A stretch of DNA of 64,000 bases from Malacoraja senta. Taxonomy: Eukaryota. The stretch covers positions 21,328,001 to 21,392,000 of the forward strand of contig CM075984.1 in the NCBI GenBank assembly GCA_038087875.1, written 5' to 3'. This document shows, piece after piece, positions 37,001 to 50,224 of the stretch (its first letter is position 1; each line of letters opens with the position of its first letter). The position numbers and the translations under genes were made by a program. The notes under the pieces are model-generated. The model had not been told where the DNA came from. It did no database searches and saw only the letters and a program-made list of their open reading frames with translations.

Positions 37001-40000
37001 CAGTGCCCTCCATAATGTTTGGGACAAAGACCCATCATTTATTTGCCTCAGTACTCCACAATTTGAGATTTGTAATAGAAAAAAATTACATCTGGTTAAA
37101 GTGCACGTTGTCGGATTTTAATAAAGACCATTTTTATACATTTTTGTTTCACCATGTAGAAATTACAGCTGTGTTTATACATAGTCCCCCCCATTTTAGG
37201 GCACCATAATGTTTGGGACAAATGGCTTCACAGGTGTTTGTAATTGCTCAGGTGTGTTTAATTGCCTCCTTAATGCAGGTATAAGAGAGCTCTCAGCACC
37301 TAGTCTTTCCTCCATGTCCGAGTTGGACAAAGTCCAAGCGGAAGCTCTAAGAATCTGTATAGGAGGTGTGCGGACGTCACCTGTATGTGCACTACAGGTG
37401 GAAACTGGGGAGATGCCATTGAGACTGCGCCGCAGACAACTAATGGCTAATTACTGGCTAAGCCTTAAAGGTCATGGAGAGAGCCACCCAACAAAACAGG
37501 TAGTAAAGGAGTGCTGGGAGAGAGGGGTGGCTCAGTCTGTGGAAGCTTCGGCTGGGTTGGAGGAGTTGTGGCAAGGGACATGGAAGTAGAGGACAAAGAG
37601 TTCTGCCCTGCAGTATTGTGGCCATCTGTGCCAATATGGTTACTGAACATCCCAAAAGTTGATCTGGAGATATGGGAGGCAAAAAGGAGGAACGAAAATT
37701 CAGACCTAAAGACAGAATATCATAACCATATAGATAATAGATACAGGGAACACCTCTTAATTTTCACAGATGGATCAAAGGACCCAGTAGCTGAAACAAC
37801 AGGGGTGGCTGTGGTAGTCCAGGGGATGAATGTTGAGCTTTACAAAAGAACAAATAATTATTTGACAGTATATACAGTGGAACTGTACGCTATTTTGATG
37901 GCAGTTCGGTGGATGGAACAGATGCAACCATGTAAAGTATTAATATGTAGTGACTCATTATCTGCAATCCAGAGTATTGGGTCTGGTGCATCCCATAGGC
38001 GGCCTGACTTAGTGTATGAAATCCTGCTACTATTAAACCAAGTGACATGGAGGGGCAGTGATGTGACGTTGTTGTGGGTCCCAGCACACATTGGTGTTCT
38101 AGGGAATGAAAAGGTGGATAAATTGGCAAAGGAGTCTGTAAAAAAAAGAAACGTAGAGGTAAACTTACAACTATCAAAATCTGAAGGAAAACACATTGTG
38201 TGGAAGAAAATAAATCAGGAATGGCAACAATACTGGGAACAGGAGACAAAGGGGAGACACCTCTATGCGCTAGAAAACAGAGTGGGCATTACAGCAAGAA
38301 GAGGGGGGAACAGGAGGGAACAGGTAGTATTATCAAGATTGAGGATAGGACACACTCACCTGAACAGCACATTAAAAATATTGGGAAAACACCCTACTGG
38401 GCTGTGTGAGGAATGCCATCAGCCAGAAACAGTTCAGCATGTCCTAATTGCATGTAGGAGATATGAGACAGAAAGAGGATTGATGATCATTGAAATGAGG
38501 AAAATTGGATTGACAGAAATATCAGTAAAGAACATTCTAGAGTGTGGAGGGAAAGGAAAAGGAATAAAGTTGTTGTTTGATTTTGTGAGGGCCTCTGGGC
38601 TTATAAAAAGGATATAGTGTAAAGACATGAGTACGGTGGAATGAAGACAGAAGGTGGCAGCAATGCAACATTGCGGATGCCGGCTGCCGTAAAACTCCAA
38701 AGAAGAAGAAGAAGTCTTTCCTCCAGTCTTTCCATCGCTTTTGGAAACTTTTATTGCTGTTTATTAACATGAGGACCAAAGTTGTACCAATGAAAGTCAA
38801 AGAAGCCATTTTGAGACTGAGAAACAAGAATAAAACTGTTAGAGACTTCAGCCAAACCTTAGGCTTACCAAAATCAACTGTTTGGAACATCATTAAGAAG
38901 AAAGAGAACACTGGTGAGCTTTCTAATCGCAAGGGGACTGGCAGGCCAAGGAAGACCTCCACAGCTGATGACAGAAGAATTCTCTCTATAATAAAGAAAA
39001 ATCCCTAAACACCTGTCCGACAGATCAGAAACACTCTTCAGGAGTCGGGTGTGGATTTGTCAATGACCACTGTCCACAGAAGACTTCATGAACAGAAATA
39101 CAGAGGCTACACTACAAGATGCAAACCACTGGTTAACCGCAAAAATAGGATTGGCGGGTTACTGTTTGCCAAGAAGTGCTTAAAAGAGCAACCACAGTTC
39201 TGGAAAAAGGTCTTGTGGACAGATGAGACGAAGATTAACATATCAGAGTGATTGCGAGAGCAAAGTTATGGAGCAGAGAAGGAACTGCCCAAGATCCAAA
39301 GCATACCACCTTATCTGTGAAACACGGTGGTGGGGTGGGCATGTATGGCTGCTGAAGGTACTGGCTCACTTATCTTCATTGATTATACAACTGCTGATGG
39401 TGGTAGTATAATGAATTCTGAAGTGTATAGACACATCCTATCTGCTCAAGTTTAAACAAATGCCTCAAAACTCATTGGCCGACGGTTCATTCTACAGCAA
39501 GACAATGATCTCAAACATACTGCTAAAGCAACAAATGAGTTTTCCAAAGCTAAAAAATGGTCAATTCTTGAGTGGCCAAGTCACCCGATCTGAACCCAAT
39601 TGAACATGCCTTTATATGCTGAAGAGAAAACTGAAGGGGACCAGCTCCCAAAACAAGCATAAGCTAAAGATGTCTGTAATACAGGCCTGGCAGAGCATGA
39701 CCAGAGAAGACACCCAGCAACTGGCGATGTCCATGAATCACAGACTTCAAGCAGTCATTGCATGCAAATGATATGCAACAAAATACTAAACATGACTGCT
39801 TTCCCTAGAATGGGGGGGGGGGGGGAGACTATGAATAAACACTGCTGCAATTTCTACATGGCAAAACCAAAATGTATAAAAATGGCCTTTATTAAAATCT
39901 GATAATGTGCACTTTAATCATGTGATTTATTTTCTATTACAAATCTCAAATTGTGGAGTACAGAGGCAAATAAATAAAGGATGGATCCTTGTCCCAAACA

Positions 40001-40015
40001 TTATGGAGGGCACTG
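37001..40015 (+). mobile_element. Tc1 transposon, defective copy 3 (contains a Nimb/I LINE insertion)
   Basis: Same TIRs (left TA mutated to CA, right TA at 40016-17); transposase N-terminus MRTKVVPMKVKEAILRL from 38769; stops and frameshifts downstream. Confidence 0.95.
37315..38712 (+). mobile_element. 5'-truncated I-group (Nimb-like) non-LTR retrotransposon with RNase H and CCHC domains
   Basis: 13-bp TSD AGTCTTTCCTCCA (37302-37314, 38713-38725); ORF 37511-38617 with RNase H motifs FTDGS, ELYAI, SDSLSA, WVPAHIGVLGNEKVD and zinc knuckle CEEC...ETVQHVLIAC; 3' stem GGCAGC...GCTGCC and (AAG)n tail. Confidence 0.9.
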
Positions 40016-40059
40016 TATTTTTTTTAACCACTTACATTATCTTCCAAAGCGTTAATATA

Positions 40060-40410
40060 TACAACACACACACATTCCTGTGTTAAATTCCATCAACCAT
40101 TCCTCAGCCCACCTGCCCAACCGATCAAGATCCTGCTATTTTTCACAATCATGTTCACTACCTACAATACCAACCACTTTTGAGATATCTGCAAACTTGC
40201 TAATCATATCATGGACATTCTCATCCAAATCATTGATATAGATGACAAACAGCAATGGGCCCAGCACTGAACCCTGAGGCACACTACTAGTCACAGGCCT
40301 CCAGTCTGAAAAGTAACCTTCCACCATCTGCTTTCTTCCATGAGCCCAATTTTCTAGGCATTCAGCTATCTCTCCTCTGAACCCATGCTCTCTAATCCTC
40401 CAGAGCAGCC
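40060..40410 (-). mobile_element. CR1 RT fragment
   Basis: WRPVTSSVPQGSVLGPLLFVIYINDLD...KFAD in ORF 40136-40459. Confidence 0.88.
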
Positions 40411-40580
40411 TAACATGATATAGGTGAAAATAGGGGTGGGATAGTAGGAGAGTTGACATTGCTCACCCGTCTAAGTATTAATACTAGGAAGGTAATTGTG
40501 AATTTGGCTGCATGCTCAGCATTGTCTACATTGCACTAGTTACTTCTGGAACCGAATAATCTGAAATTAATCAAGAGGGA

Positions 40581-43335
40581 TTGACAAATTGGGAGTATAA
40601 AGATGGAGTTGAAGGGGAAGCGAGTACAGGAAAAGTTACAAAAGACTCCCGAATTAATGGGAAGGAAAGTTCGAGAAGGGATAAGAGAGTAAGGTCAGGG
40701 CCAATTGCGAGCGGTGCGATGAGGGACGTGAATACCGAGGTCAAAGTATTGTATATGAATGTGCGAAGTATAAGAAATAAAGTGGATGAGCTTGAGGCTC
40801 AATTAGAAATTGGCAAGTATGATGTTGTGGGAATTACAGAGACATGGCTGCAAGAGGGTCAGGGCTGGGAACTGAATATTCAAGGGTATACCTATCGAAA
40901 AGACAGACAGGTGGGCAGAGAGGGTGGGGTAGCTCTGTTGATGAGGAATGAAATTCAGTCCCTTGCAAGGGGTGACATTGAAAAAGGAGATTTGGCGTCA
41001 GTATGGATAGAACTACGGAATTGTAAGGGTAAAAATACCCCAATGGGACCTATCTACAGGCCCCCAAACAGTAGTCTGGATATAGGGTGCAAGTTGAATC
41101 AAAAGTTAAAATTGGCATGTAGTAAAGGTAATGCTACGGTTGTTATGGGAGATTTCAACATGCAGGTAGACTGGGAAAATCAGGTTGGTACTGAACCCCA
41201 AGAAAGGGAGTTTGTGGAGTGCCTCCATGATGGATTCTTAGAGCAGCTTGTATTGGAGCCTACCAGGGAGAAGGCAATTCTGGATTTAGTGTTGTGTAAT
41301 GAACCGGATTTGATAAAGGAACTTGAGGTTAAGGAGCCATTAGGAGGTAGTGACCATAATATGGTCAAGTTTAATCTACAATTGGAGGGGGAGAAGGGTA
41401 AATCGGAGGTTTCATTGTTACAGTTGAATAAAGGGGACTATGGAGCCATGAGGGAGGAGCTGGCCAAAGTTGACTGGAAAGATACCCTAGCAGGGATGAC
41501 AGTGGAACAACATTTGCAGGTATTTCTGAGAATAATACAGAAGGTGCAGGATCAGTTCATTTCAAAGAGGAAGAAAGATTCCAAGGGGAATAAGGGGCGA
41601 CCGTGGCTGACAAGGGACGTCAGGGACAGTCTAAAAATAGAAGAGATGAGCTCATCTTTGCGCAAAGATGAGCGGGAAGCAAGAGGATTGCGTAATGTTT
41701 AAAGAGTAACAGAAGATAACTAAAAAGGCAATACGGGGAGAAAAGATGAGGTACGAAGATAGATAATAAAAGCTTCTTTTGGTATTGAAGAGGAAAAAAT
41801 TAGTTAAGACCAAAGTTGGACGCTTGAAGACTGAAAAAGGTGAATTTATTATGGGGAACAAGGAAATGGCAGATGAGTTGAACAGGTACTTTGGATCCGT
41901 CTTCACTAAGGAGGACACAAACAATCTTCCTGATGTACTAATGGCCAGAGGATCTGGGGTGACAGAGGAACTGAAGGAAATCCACATTAGGCAGGAAATG
42001 GTGTTGGGTAGACTAATGTGACTGAAGGCTGATAAATCCTCAGGGCCTGATTGTCTGCATCCCAGGGTACTTAAGGAAGTGGCTCTAGAAATCGTGGATG
42101 CATTGGTGATAATATTCCAATGTTCAATAGATTCAGGATCAGTTTCTGTGGATTGGAGGGTAGCTAATGTTATCCTACTTTTTAAGAAAGGCGGGAGAGA
42201 GAAAACAGGGAATTTTAGACCAGTTAAAAGATGAAATAGCGGCACATTTGGATAGCAGTAACAGGATCGGTCCGAGTCAGCATGGACTTACGAAGGGGAA
42301 ATCATGCTTGACTAATCTTCTGGAATTTTTTGAGGATGTAACTAAGAAAATGGACAAGGGAGATGCAGTGGATGTAGTGTACCTGGACTTTCAGAAAGCA
42401 TTTGATAAGGTCCCACATAGGAGATTAGTGGGCAGAATTTGGGCACATGGTATTGGGGGGTAGAGTGGTGACATGGATAGAAAATTGGTTGGCAGACAGG
42501 AAACAGTAGGGATTAACGGGTCCCTTTCAGAATGGCAGGCAGTGACTAGTGGGGTACCGCAAGGCTAGTTGCTGGGACCGCAGCTATTTACAATATACAT
42601 CAATGATTTAGACGAAGGGATTCAAAGTAACATTAGCAAATTTGCAGACGACACAAAGCTGGATGGTAGTGTGAACTGTGAGGAGGATGCTATCAGAATG
42701 CAGGGTGACTTGGACAGGTTGGGTGAGTGGGCAGATGCATGACATGCAGTTTAATGTGGATACATGTGAGGTTATCCACTTTGGTAGCAAAAACAGGAAG
42801 GCAGATTACTATATAAACGGTGTCAAGTTGGGAAAAGGGGAAGTACAACGGGATCTGGGGGTCCTTGTTCATCAGTCAATGAAAGTAAGCATGCATGCAG
42901 TGAGGAATGCAACTGGCATGTTAGCCTTTATAACAAGAGGAGTTGAGTATAGGAGCAAAGAGGTCCTAGTGCGACCACACCTGGAGTATTGTGTGCATTT
43001 TTGGTCCCCTAATTTGAGGAAGGACATTCTTGCTATTGAGGGAGTGTAGCGTAGGTTTACAAGGTTAATTCCCGGGATGGCGGGACTGTCATATGCTAAG
43101 AGAATGGAGTGGCTCGGCTTGTATATTCTGGAGTTTAGAAGGATGAGAGGGATCTTATTGAAACATATAAGATTATTAAGGGTTTGGACACGCTAGAGGC
43201 AGGAAACATGTTCCCGATGTAGGGGGAGTCCATTACCAGGGACCACAGTTTAAGAATAAGGGGCAAGCCATTTAGAACGGAGACAAGGAAATACTTTTTG
43301 TCACAGCGAGTTGTGAGTCTGTAGAATTCTCTGCC
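40581..43335 (+). mobile_element. CR1-clade LINE ORF2 (APE and RT), degraded
   Basis: ORF 40581-41702 (YMNVRS, ITETW, YRPP, GDFN, SDH); downstream fragments with QHG, DFQKAFD, FADD and RPHLEYC; 3' end cut at about 43335. Confidence 0.93.
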
Positions 43336-43620
43336 CCCCCCCCCCTCCCGCGAGCTGCCACCCCCTCCACAAGCTGCCGCCCCCCACCCCCTCCTGTCTC
43401 CCTCCCTTCCCCCATCACCCCCACCTCCCCCAGTTTCTGCCCCTCTCTGACCCTCTCTCTCTGTCCGTGCCCCTCTCTCTGTCTCTGCCCCTCTCTCTCT
43501 GCCCTCACTCTACCCCCCTCCCTCTCTAGACGCGCCTGCGAGTTAAGGATAAGCGTCAGTGGGTATGGGGTAAAAGGAGCCAATGAATAATATTAATATA
43601 ATATCAAGGGGGGGTGGTTA

Positions 43621-43666
43621 GTGTGTGTGTGTGCAGGGGGTAGTTAGTGTGTGTGTGGGGGGGTGG

Positions 43667-43732
<66 letters not shown>
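43621..43732. repeat. (GT)n microsatellite region
   Basis: Pure GT run at about 43670-43730, preceded by shorter GT runs separated by GGGGGTGGTTA. Confidence 0.95.
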
Positions 43733-43734
<2 letters not shown>

Positions 43735-43821
43735 AGAGAGACGCCGCAGCCCCCCCCCCGCAACCGCGGGTTGAGGGGACAGGACCCAACGACTTCCACT
43801 TGGTCTAGTATATTTTAATTC

Positions 43822-44103
43822 TGATTAGAGATACAGCGCGGAATCAGGGCATTTGGCCCACTGAGTCCGCGTCGACCAACAATCCCAGTGCACTAGCCTA
43901 CACACTAGGGACAATTTTACCAAAGCCAATTAACCTACAAACCTGCCTGCCTTTGGAATGTGTGTGGAAACTGGAGCTCCCAGAGAAAACCCACGCTGTC
44001 ACCGGGAGAACGAAAAAACACCGTACAGACAGCAGCCATAGTCAGGATCGAACCCAGGTCTCTGGTGCTGTGAGGCAGCAACTTTACCGCTGCACCACCA
44101 TGC
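43822..44103 (-). mobile_element. HE1-like SINE
   Basis: GGATCGAACCC, ACCGCTGCACCACC head. Confidence 0.82.
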
Positions 44104-44734
44104 AATATAATGAAGTTAATAGAAATGACGGGTCAGAATGTGGAACTGACAGCACAATAGAGTCAATGATTACAGCTGCACTCAAGGGGAAGCAAGATAA
44201 CATTTAAGTGAATGAAATAAAGAGATATGATGCTTATGTGGAACAAAAAGATTGGCGTTGTGCAAAAGGCCAAATCGCCCATTTATGTTGTACATTTCCT
44301 GCAGGATTCGGTGCACTCTGTTTAGCAGGACTCACTGGCACATCATTTCACAACACTGATATTAACCAGAGGAAGACTTCCAAAATGTCACATCTACAAA
44401 ATAAATACTACATATAAATTAGCTTACTGCACCCCTGTTAACTTTCCATTAGCCAGACCATAAAATAATGTGTTGAGAGGGGGCTGAAAGGTGGATGGCT
44501 TTATTAAAGACTCACCGGATGAGCTGGGAAGCAGCCAAAACAATGCACAGCATTCCAAACATTTTAAAAAAAAGGGTAAGGAACAAAATGAAGTAAAATT
44601 AAAAAATAATATTTTAAGATTTACAAAATATTAAGTCTTAAATTTTAAGATTAGTTTTTTTTAAAAGATAAAAAACAGACAGTAGGGTTTAGGGAGAGAA
44701 TCTGATATCTTAAAGTCTAAGTGAATCTAAGTCT

Positions 44735-45040
44735 AGAATAATGAAAGGCATAGATAGAGTGGATATGGAGAGTTTAGGACCAGTGGTCATAGCCTCAGAA
44801 TTAAAGGGTGCTCTTTAAGAAAGGTGAAGAGGAACTTCTTTAGTCAGAGGGTAGTTAATCCGTGGAACTCTTGCCACAGAGGGCTGTGGAGGCCGTCAGT
44901 GGATATTTTTAAGGCAGAGATAGACACATTCTTGATTAGAACAGGTGGCAAGGGTTATGGGAAGAAGGCAGGAAAATGGGATTAGGAGACAGAGAGACTC
45001 GATGGGCCTAATTCTACTCCTATAACTTGTGAACTTGAGA
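44735..45040 (+). mobile_element. CR1 LINE 3' fragment
   Basis: FFSQRVVNPWNS-like remnant and CR1 3'UTR. Confidence 0.75.
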
Positions 45041-45042
45041 TG

Positions 45043-48000
45043 AACTTGAACTCGAGGGGGACCAATATCCTGGCGGGTAGATTTGCAAAGGCTACTGGGG
45101 AGCCTTTAAACTAGTATGGTTGGGGGGAGGGACTCAAATTGGGAAAGCTATCAGTCAGTGTGTGAGGCAGGAGGCAGAGAATGGAAGCACTCTGACCCAA
45201 AATGTAGGGGAGAGAGAAGAAAAAGACAATAAACAGAGAATAAGAGAGGGTGGGTTTCTTAAATGTGTATATTTTAATGCTAGGAGCATTGTAAGAAAGG
45301 TGGATGAACTTAAAGCTTGGGTTGACACCTGGAAGTATGATGTTGTGGCGATCAGTGAAACATGGTTGCAGGAGGGCTGTGATTGGAAACTAAATATTCC
45401 AGGATTTCGTTGCTTCAGGTGTGATAGAATTGGAGGGGCAAGAGGTGGAGGTGTTGCATTGCTTATCAGGGAAGATATTACAGCAGTGCTTTGGCAGGAT
45501 AGATTAGAGGGCTCTTCTAGGGAGGCTATTTGGGTGGAACTGAAAAATGGGAAAGGGGTAGCAACACTCATAGGGGTGTATTATAGACCGCCAAATGGGG
45601 AGCGAGAATTGGAAGAGCAAATATGTAAGGAGATTGCAGATATTAGTAGTCAGCACAAGGTAGTGATTGTGGGAGATTTCAATTTTCCACACATAGACTG
45701 GGAAACACATTCTGTAAATGGGCTGGATGGGTTGGAGTTTGTAAAATGTGTGTAGGATAGTTTTTTGCAGCAATACATAGAAGTACCTACTAGAGAAGGG
45801 GTGGTGCTGGACCTCCTGTTAGGAAATGAGACGGGTCAGGTGGCAGAGGTATGCGTTGGGGAACAGTTCGGGACCAGTGATCACAATACCATTAGTTTCA
45901 ATATAATTATGGAGAGGGTCAGAACTGGACCTAGGGTTGAGATTTTTGATTGGAGAAAGGCTAACTTTGAGGAGATGCAAAAGGATTTAAAAGGAGTGAA
46001 TTGGGACAGTTTGTTTTATGGGAAAGATGTGGAAGAGAAATGGAGGACATTTAAAGGTGAAATTTTAAGAGTACAGAATCTTTATGTCCCTGTTCGGTTG
46101 AAAGGAAATAGTAAAAATTGGAAAGAGCCATGGTTTTCAAGGGAAATTGGACACTTAGTTCGGAAAAAGAGAGAGATCTACAATATTTATAGGCAGCATG
46201 GAGTAAATGAGGTGCTTGAGGAGTATATAAAATGTAAAAAGAGTCTTAAGAAAGAAATTAGAAAAGCTAAAAGAAGATATGAGGTTGCTTTGGCAAATAA
46301 GGTGAAAGTAAATCCAAAGGGTTTCTACAGCTATATTAATAGCAAAAGGATAACGAGGGATAAAATTGGTCCATTAGAGTCAGAGTGGACAGGTATCTGC
46401 AGAGCGAAAAGAGATGGGGGAGATATTGAACAATTTATTTTCTTCGGTATTCACCAAGGAGAAGGATATTGAATTATGTGAGGTAAGGGAAACAAGTAGA
46501 GTAGCTATGGAAACTATGAGATTCAAAGAAGAGGAAGTACTGACACTTTTGAGAAATATAAAAGTGGATAAGTCTCCAGGTCCGGACAGGATATTCCCTA
46601 GGACATTGAAGGAAGTTAGTGTAGAAATAGCAGGGGCTGTGACAGAAATATTTCAAATGTCATTGGAAACGGCAATAGTGCCGGAGGATTGGCGTACTGC
46701 GCATGTTGTTCCATTGTTTAAAAAGGGGTCTAAGAGTAAACCTAGCAATTATAGACCTGTTAGTTGGCGTCAGTGGTGGGCAAATTAATGGAAAGGATAC
46801 TTAGAGATAATATATATAAGCATCTGGATAAACAGGGGCTGATTAGGAACAGTCAACATGGATTTGTGCCTGGAAGGTCATGTTTGACTAATCTAGAATT
46901 TTTTGAAGAGGTTACTCGGGAAATTGATGAGGGTAAAGCCGTGGATGTTGTATATATGGACTTCAGTAAGGCCTTTGACAAGGTTCCTCACGGAAGGTTG
47001 GTTAAGAAGGTTCAATGGTTGGGTATTAATGGTGGAGTAGCAAGATGGATTCAACAGTGGCTGAATGGGAGATGCCAGAGAGTAATGGTGGATGGTTGTT
47101 TGTCAGGTTGGAGGCCAGTGACTAGTGGGGTGCCACAGGGATCTGTGTTGGGTCCACTGTTGTTTGTCATGTACATCAATGATCTGGATGATGGTGTGGT
47201 AAATTGGATTAGTAAGTATGCAGATGATACTAAGATAGGCGGGGCTGTGGATAATGAAGTAGATTTTCAAAGTCTACAGAGAGATTTATGCCGGTTGGAA
47301 GAGTGGGCTGAAAGATGGCAGATGGAGTTTAATGCTGATAAGTGTGAGGTGCTACATCTTGGCAGGACAAATCAAAATAGGACGTACATGGTAAATGGTA
47401 GGGAATTGAAGAATGCAGGTGAACAGAGGGATCTTGGAATAACTGTGCACAGTTCCCTGAAAGTGGAATCTCATGTAGATAGGGTGGTAAAGAAAGCTTT
47501 TGGTGTGCTGGCTTTTATAAATCAGAGCATTGAGTATAGAAGTTAGGATGTAATGTTAAAATTGTACAAGGCATTGGTGAGGCCAATTCTGGAGTATGGT
47601 GTACAATTTTGGTCGCCTAATTATAGGAAGGATGTCAACAAAATAGAGAGAGTACAGAGGAGATTTACTAGAATGTTGCCTGGGTTTCAACAACTAAGTT
47701 ACAGAGAAAGGTTGAACAAGTTAGGGCTTTATTCTTTGGAGCGCAGAAGGTTAAGGGGGGACTTGATAGAGGTCTTTAAAATGATGAGAGGGATAGACAG
47801 AGTTGACGTGGATAAGCTTTTCCCATTGAGAGTAGGGAAGATTCAAACAAGGGGACATGACTTGAGAATTAAGGGACAGAAGTTTAGGGGTAACATGAGG
47901 GGGAACTTCTTTACTCAGAGAGTGGTGGCTGTGTGGAATGAGCTTCCAGTGAAGGTGGTGGAGGCAGGTTCGTTTTTATCATTTAAAAATAAATTGGATA

Positions 48001-48150
48001 GTTATATGAACGGGAAAGGAATGGAGGGTTATGGTCTGAGCACAGGTATATGGGACTAGGGGAGAATACGTGTTCGGCATGGACTAGAAGGGTCGATATG
48101 GCCTGTTTCTGTGCTGTAATTGTTATATGTTATATGGTTATATGGTTATG
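45043..48150 (+). mobile_element. CR1-clade LINE: end of ORF1 plus essentially full ORF2 (APE endonuclease and RT) with few disablements
   Basis: ORFs 45120-48059 carry YFNARS, ISETW, YYRPP, GDFN, SDH, QHGF, DFSKAFD, VPQGSVLGP, YADD and RRLRGDLI; stops at about 45753 and 47544 plus frameshifts; (TTATATGG)n tail. Confidence 0.95.
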
Positions 48151-48778
48151 AAGGGATAGCTGTCAATGGAGAAAATCTTTAGCAAATAGAACGGTACAGC
48201 GCAGGAACAGGCCTTTCAGCCCACAATGCCCATGCCGAACACGATGTCAAGTTGCACTAATCCTCTGCCTGCACCTGATCCATAGCCCACCATACCCATG
48301 TGCCTATCTAAAAGCCTCTTAAATGCTGCTATTTAATGCTGCTTCCACCACCACCCCTGGCAATTAATTTCAGGCACCAACCACTGCTTTAAAAAAATTA
48401 CACTTGTCCAGACCATCTTCTTAAAACTTTGCCCCACTCACCTTCAAGCTATGCCCTCTAGTCCTCGATGTATCCAAGCTGGGAAAAAGGTTCTGACTAT
48501 CTACCCTACAGAGTGTAATTGACAAATTACATTTTGCATTAAAGCCTGTTGGGACTTTGCGGTTTACTCTCCTTAACCAGCAACTTTTTTAGTACAGATC
48601 TCTTGCATCTGTAGCATTTTGCTTTTGGGCCATTTTTACAACTGCAGGTCTTTGTAATTAAAGATTAACAGTTTTAGTGTGATATCGTTCACAAAAATTG
48701 GAAATTTCTGATAACGTATGTAGTCTCGAACACCACTCTACACTTTTCAAAAGATAATTAAAAGAAAAAACAAATTAC

Positions 48779-48854
48779 CTGATCCACAAACAACAAAAAT
48801 GAATAGTGCCAATAGCCAGGGACCAACTGATGATTTTTCATCTGGTGTTGATTT
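48779..48854 (-). CDS. SERP1: SERP1 coding exon 2 (76 nt; tail-anchor transmembrane helix)
   Basis: Acceptor tcttgtctttatAG; encodes [25 protein letters not shown] plus 1 nt; donor CAG|GTAATT. Confidence 0.97.
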
Positions 48855-49615
48855 CTATAAAGACAAGAAAGACAGTTTGTTACTTACTTAAGGAGCCCTT
48901 ACAAGCAAATAAATATTGAGGCTTTAAGCTGCAGTGACAAATCGTGTTTTGTGAAATCTAAACAAGTTCGCATTGTCAGCTAACAAAAATAAGGTGGCCT
49001 AACTGATTTCAAGATAACAGGCCCAGGAAAAGATCAGTTTAATGCTGTCTACTCTCACAGACAGAGTCTGAAATGGTGGCATTTGCTAATCACATACACA
49101 CCACAGCAAAAGTTACTGATGCATTACAATGCCCACTGGTTGGTAGGCTTTGGAAGATTTTGGCAAGAACCTCTGGGGAAGGAAACAAAGTGAGGAGTAA
49201 ATAAATAAAATTGTGACAGTGATAAAAGGGGGTTGAATATCTTCGCAAGTGATGAAGGGATAAAGTTTAATTGAGCAATTGCCAATTGAAAATAAAAGTA
49301 CTGGAATAACTCCGCAGTTTAGGCAACATCGCTGGAAGACATGGATAGCTGACATATTGGGTCGGGACCCTTTTTCAGACTGAATTGAATCTTTTTAAGC
49401 AAACATTTTGAAGGTTTAAACTTCAATGTTCTTAATCGAGCAAACTTATGATCGTGAGACATCTCCATAATACAATTTAGCCACTGCAATGGACATTGTC
49501 AAAAAGCTTGGCATAGGAAAAAAAGATGCATCAGTGGCAAAAAAAAATTGATTACTGAGCTCTTGTAGATACATTTAATTGACACTCACTTTTATCAGTC
49601 ACAAATCAAAATTCA

Positions 49616-49777
<162 letters not shown>

Positions 49778-50224
49778 TTATGCACCACAAAAAGGGACTA
49801 AACAGGAACAAAACATAATCCCAACGTCAAATTAAGAATTGTAATCAAACTGGAATGTAAATCAAATGTCGTAAAAGTCTTAAATCACTTAAAATGCATG
49901 ACTCTGGGAAAAGGGGTGTAGAAAGGAAATGCAGATGCTGGTATACAATGAAGAAAGAGACAAAGTGCTGGAGTAAATCAGCGGGTCAGGCAGCATCTCT
50001 GGAGCTCCCGCTGAGTTACTCCAGCACTTTGTGTCTATCTGGGGGACGGGGTGTTTCTTTTGGGGTTGGGAGGTTGGAGGCGAAGGAAGGTTTTAGAATG
50101 CAGATCACGGAGAACTTGGAGCACGCAGAACTGGAACCCGGGCATGAGAGCAACGCAGCAGGTGCTTCTGGAAGCAACAAAGTGTGAACATAGGTGCCAA
50201 TAGCAGACGAGGTAAAATACTACA

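Noticed and set aside
37511-38617. Host RNase H gene or domesticated protein
   Set aside because: Bounded by a TSD and (AAG)n tail, 5'-truncated, with no promoter or splice context; it is a LINE fragment.
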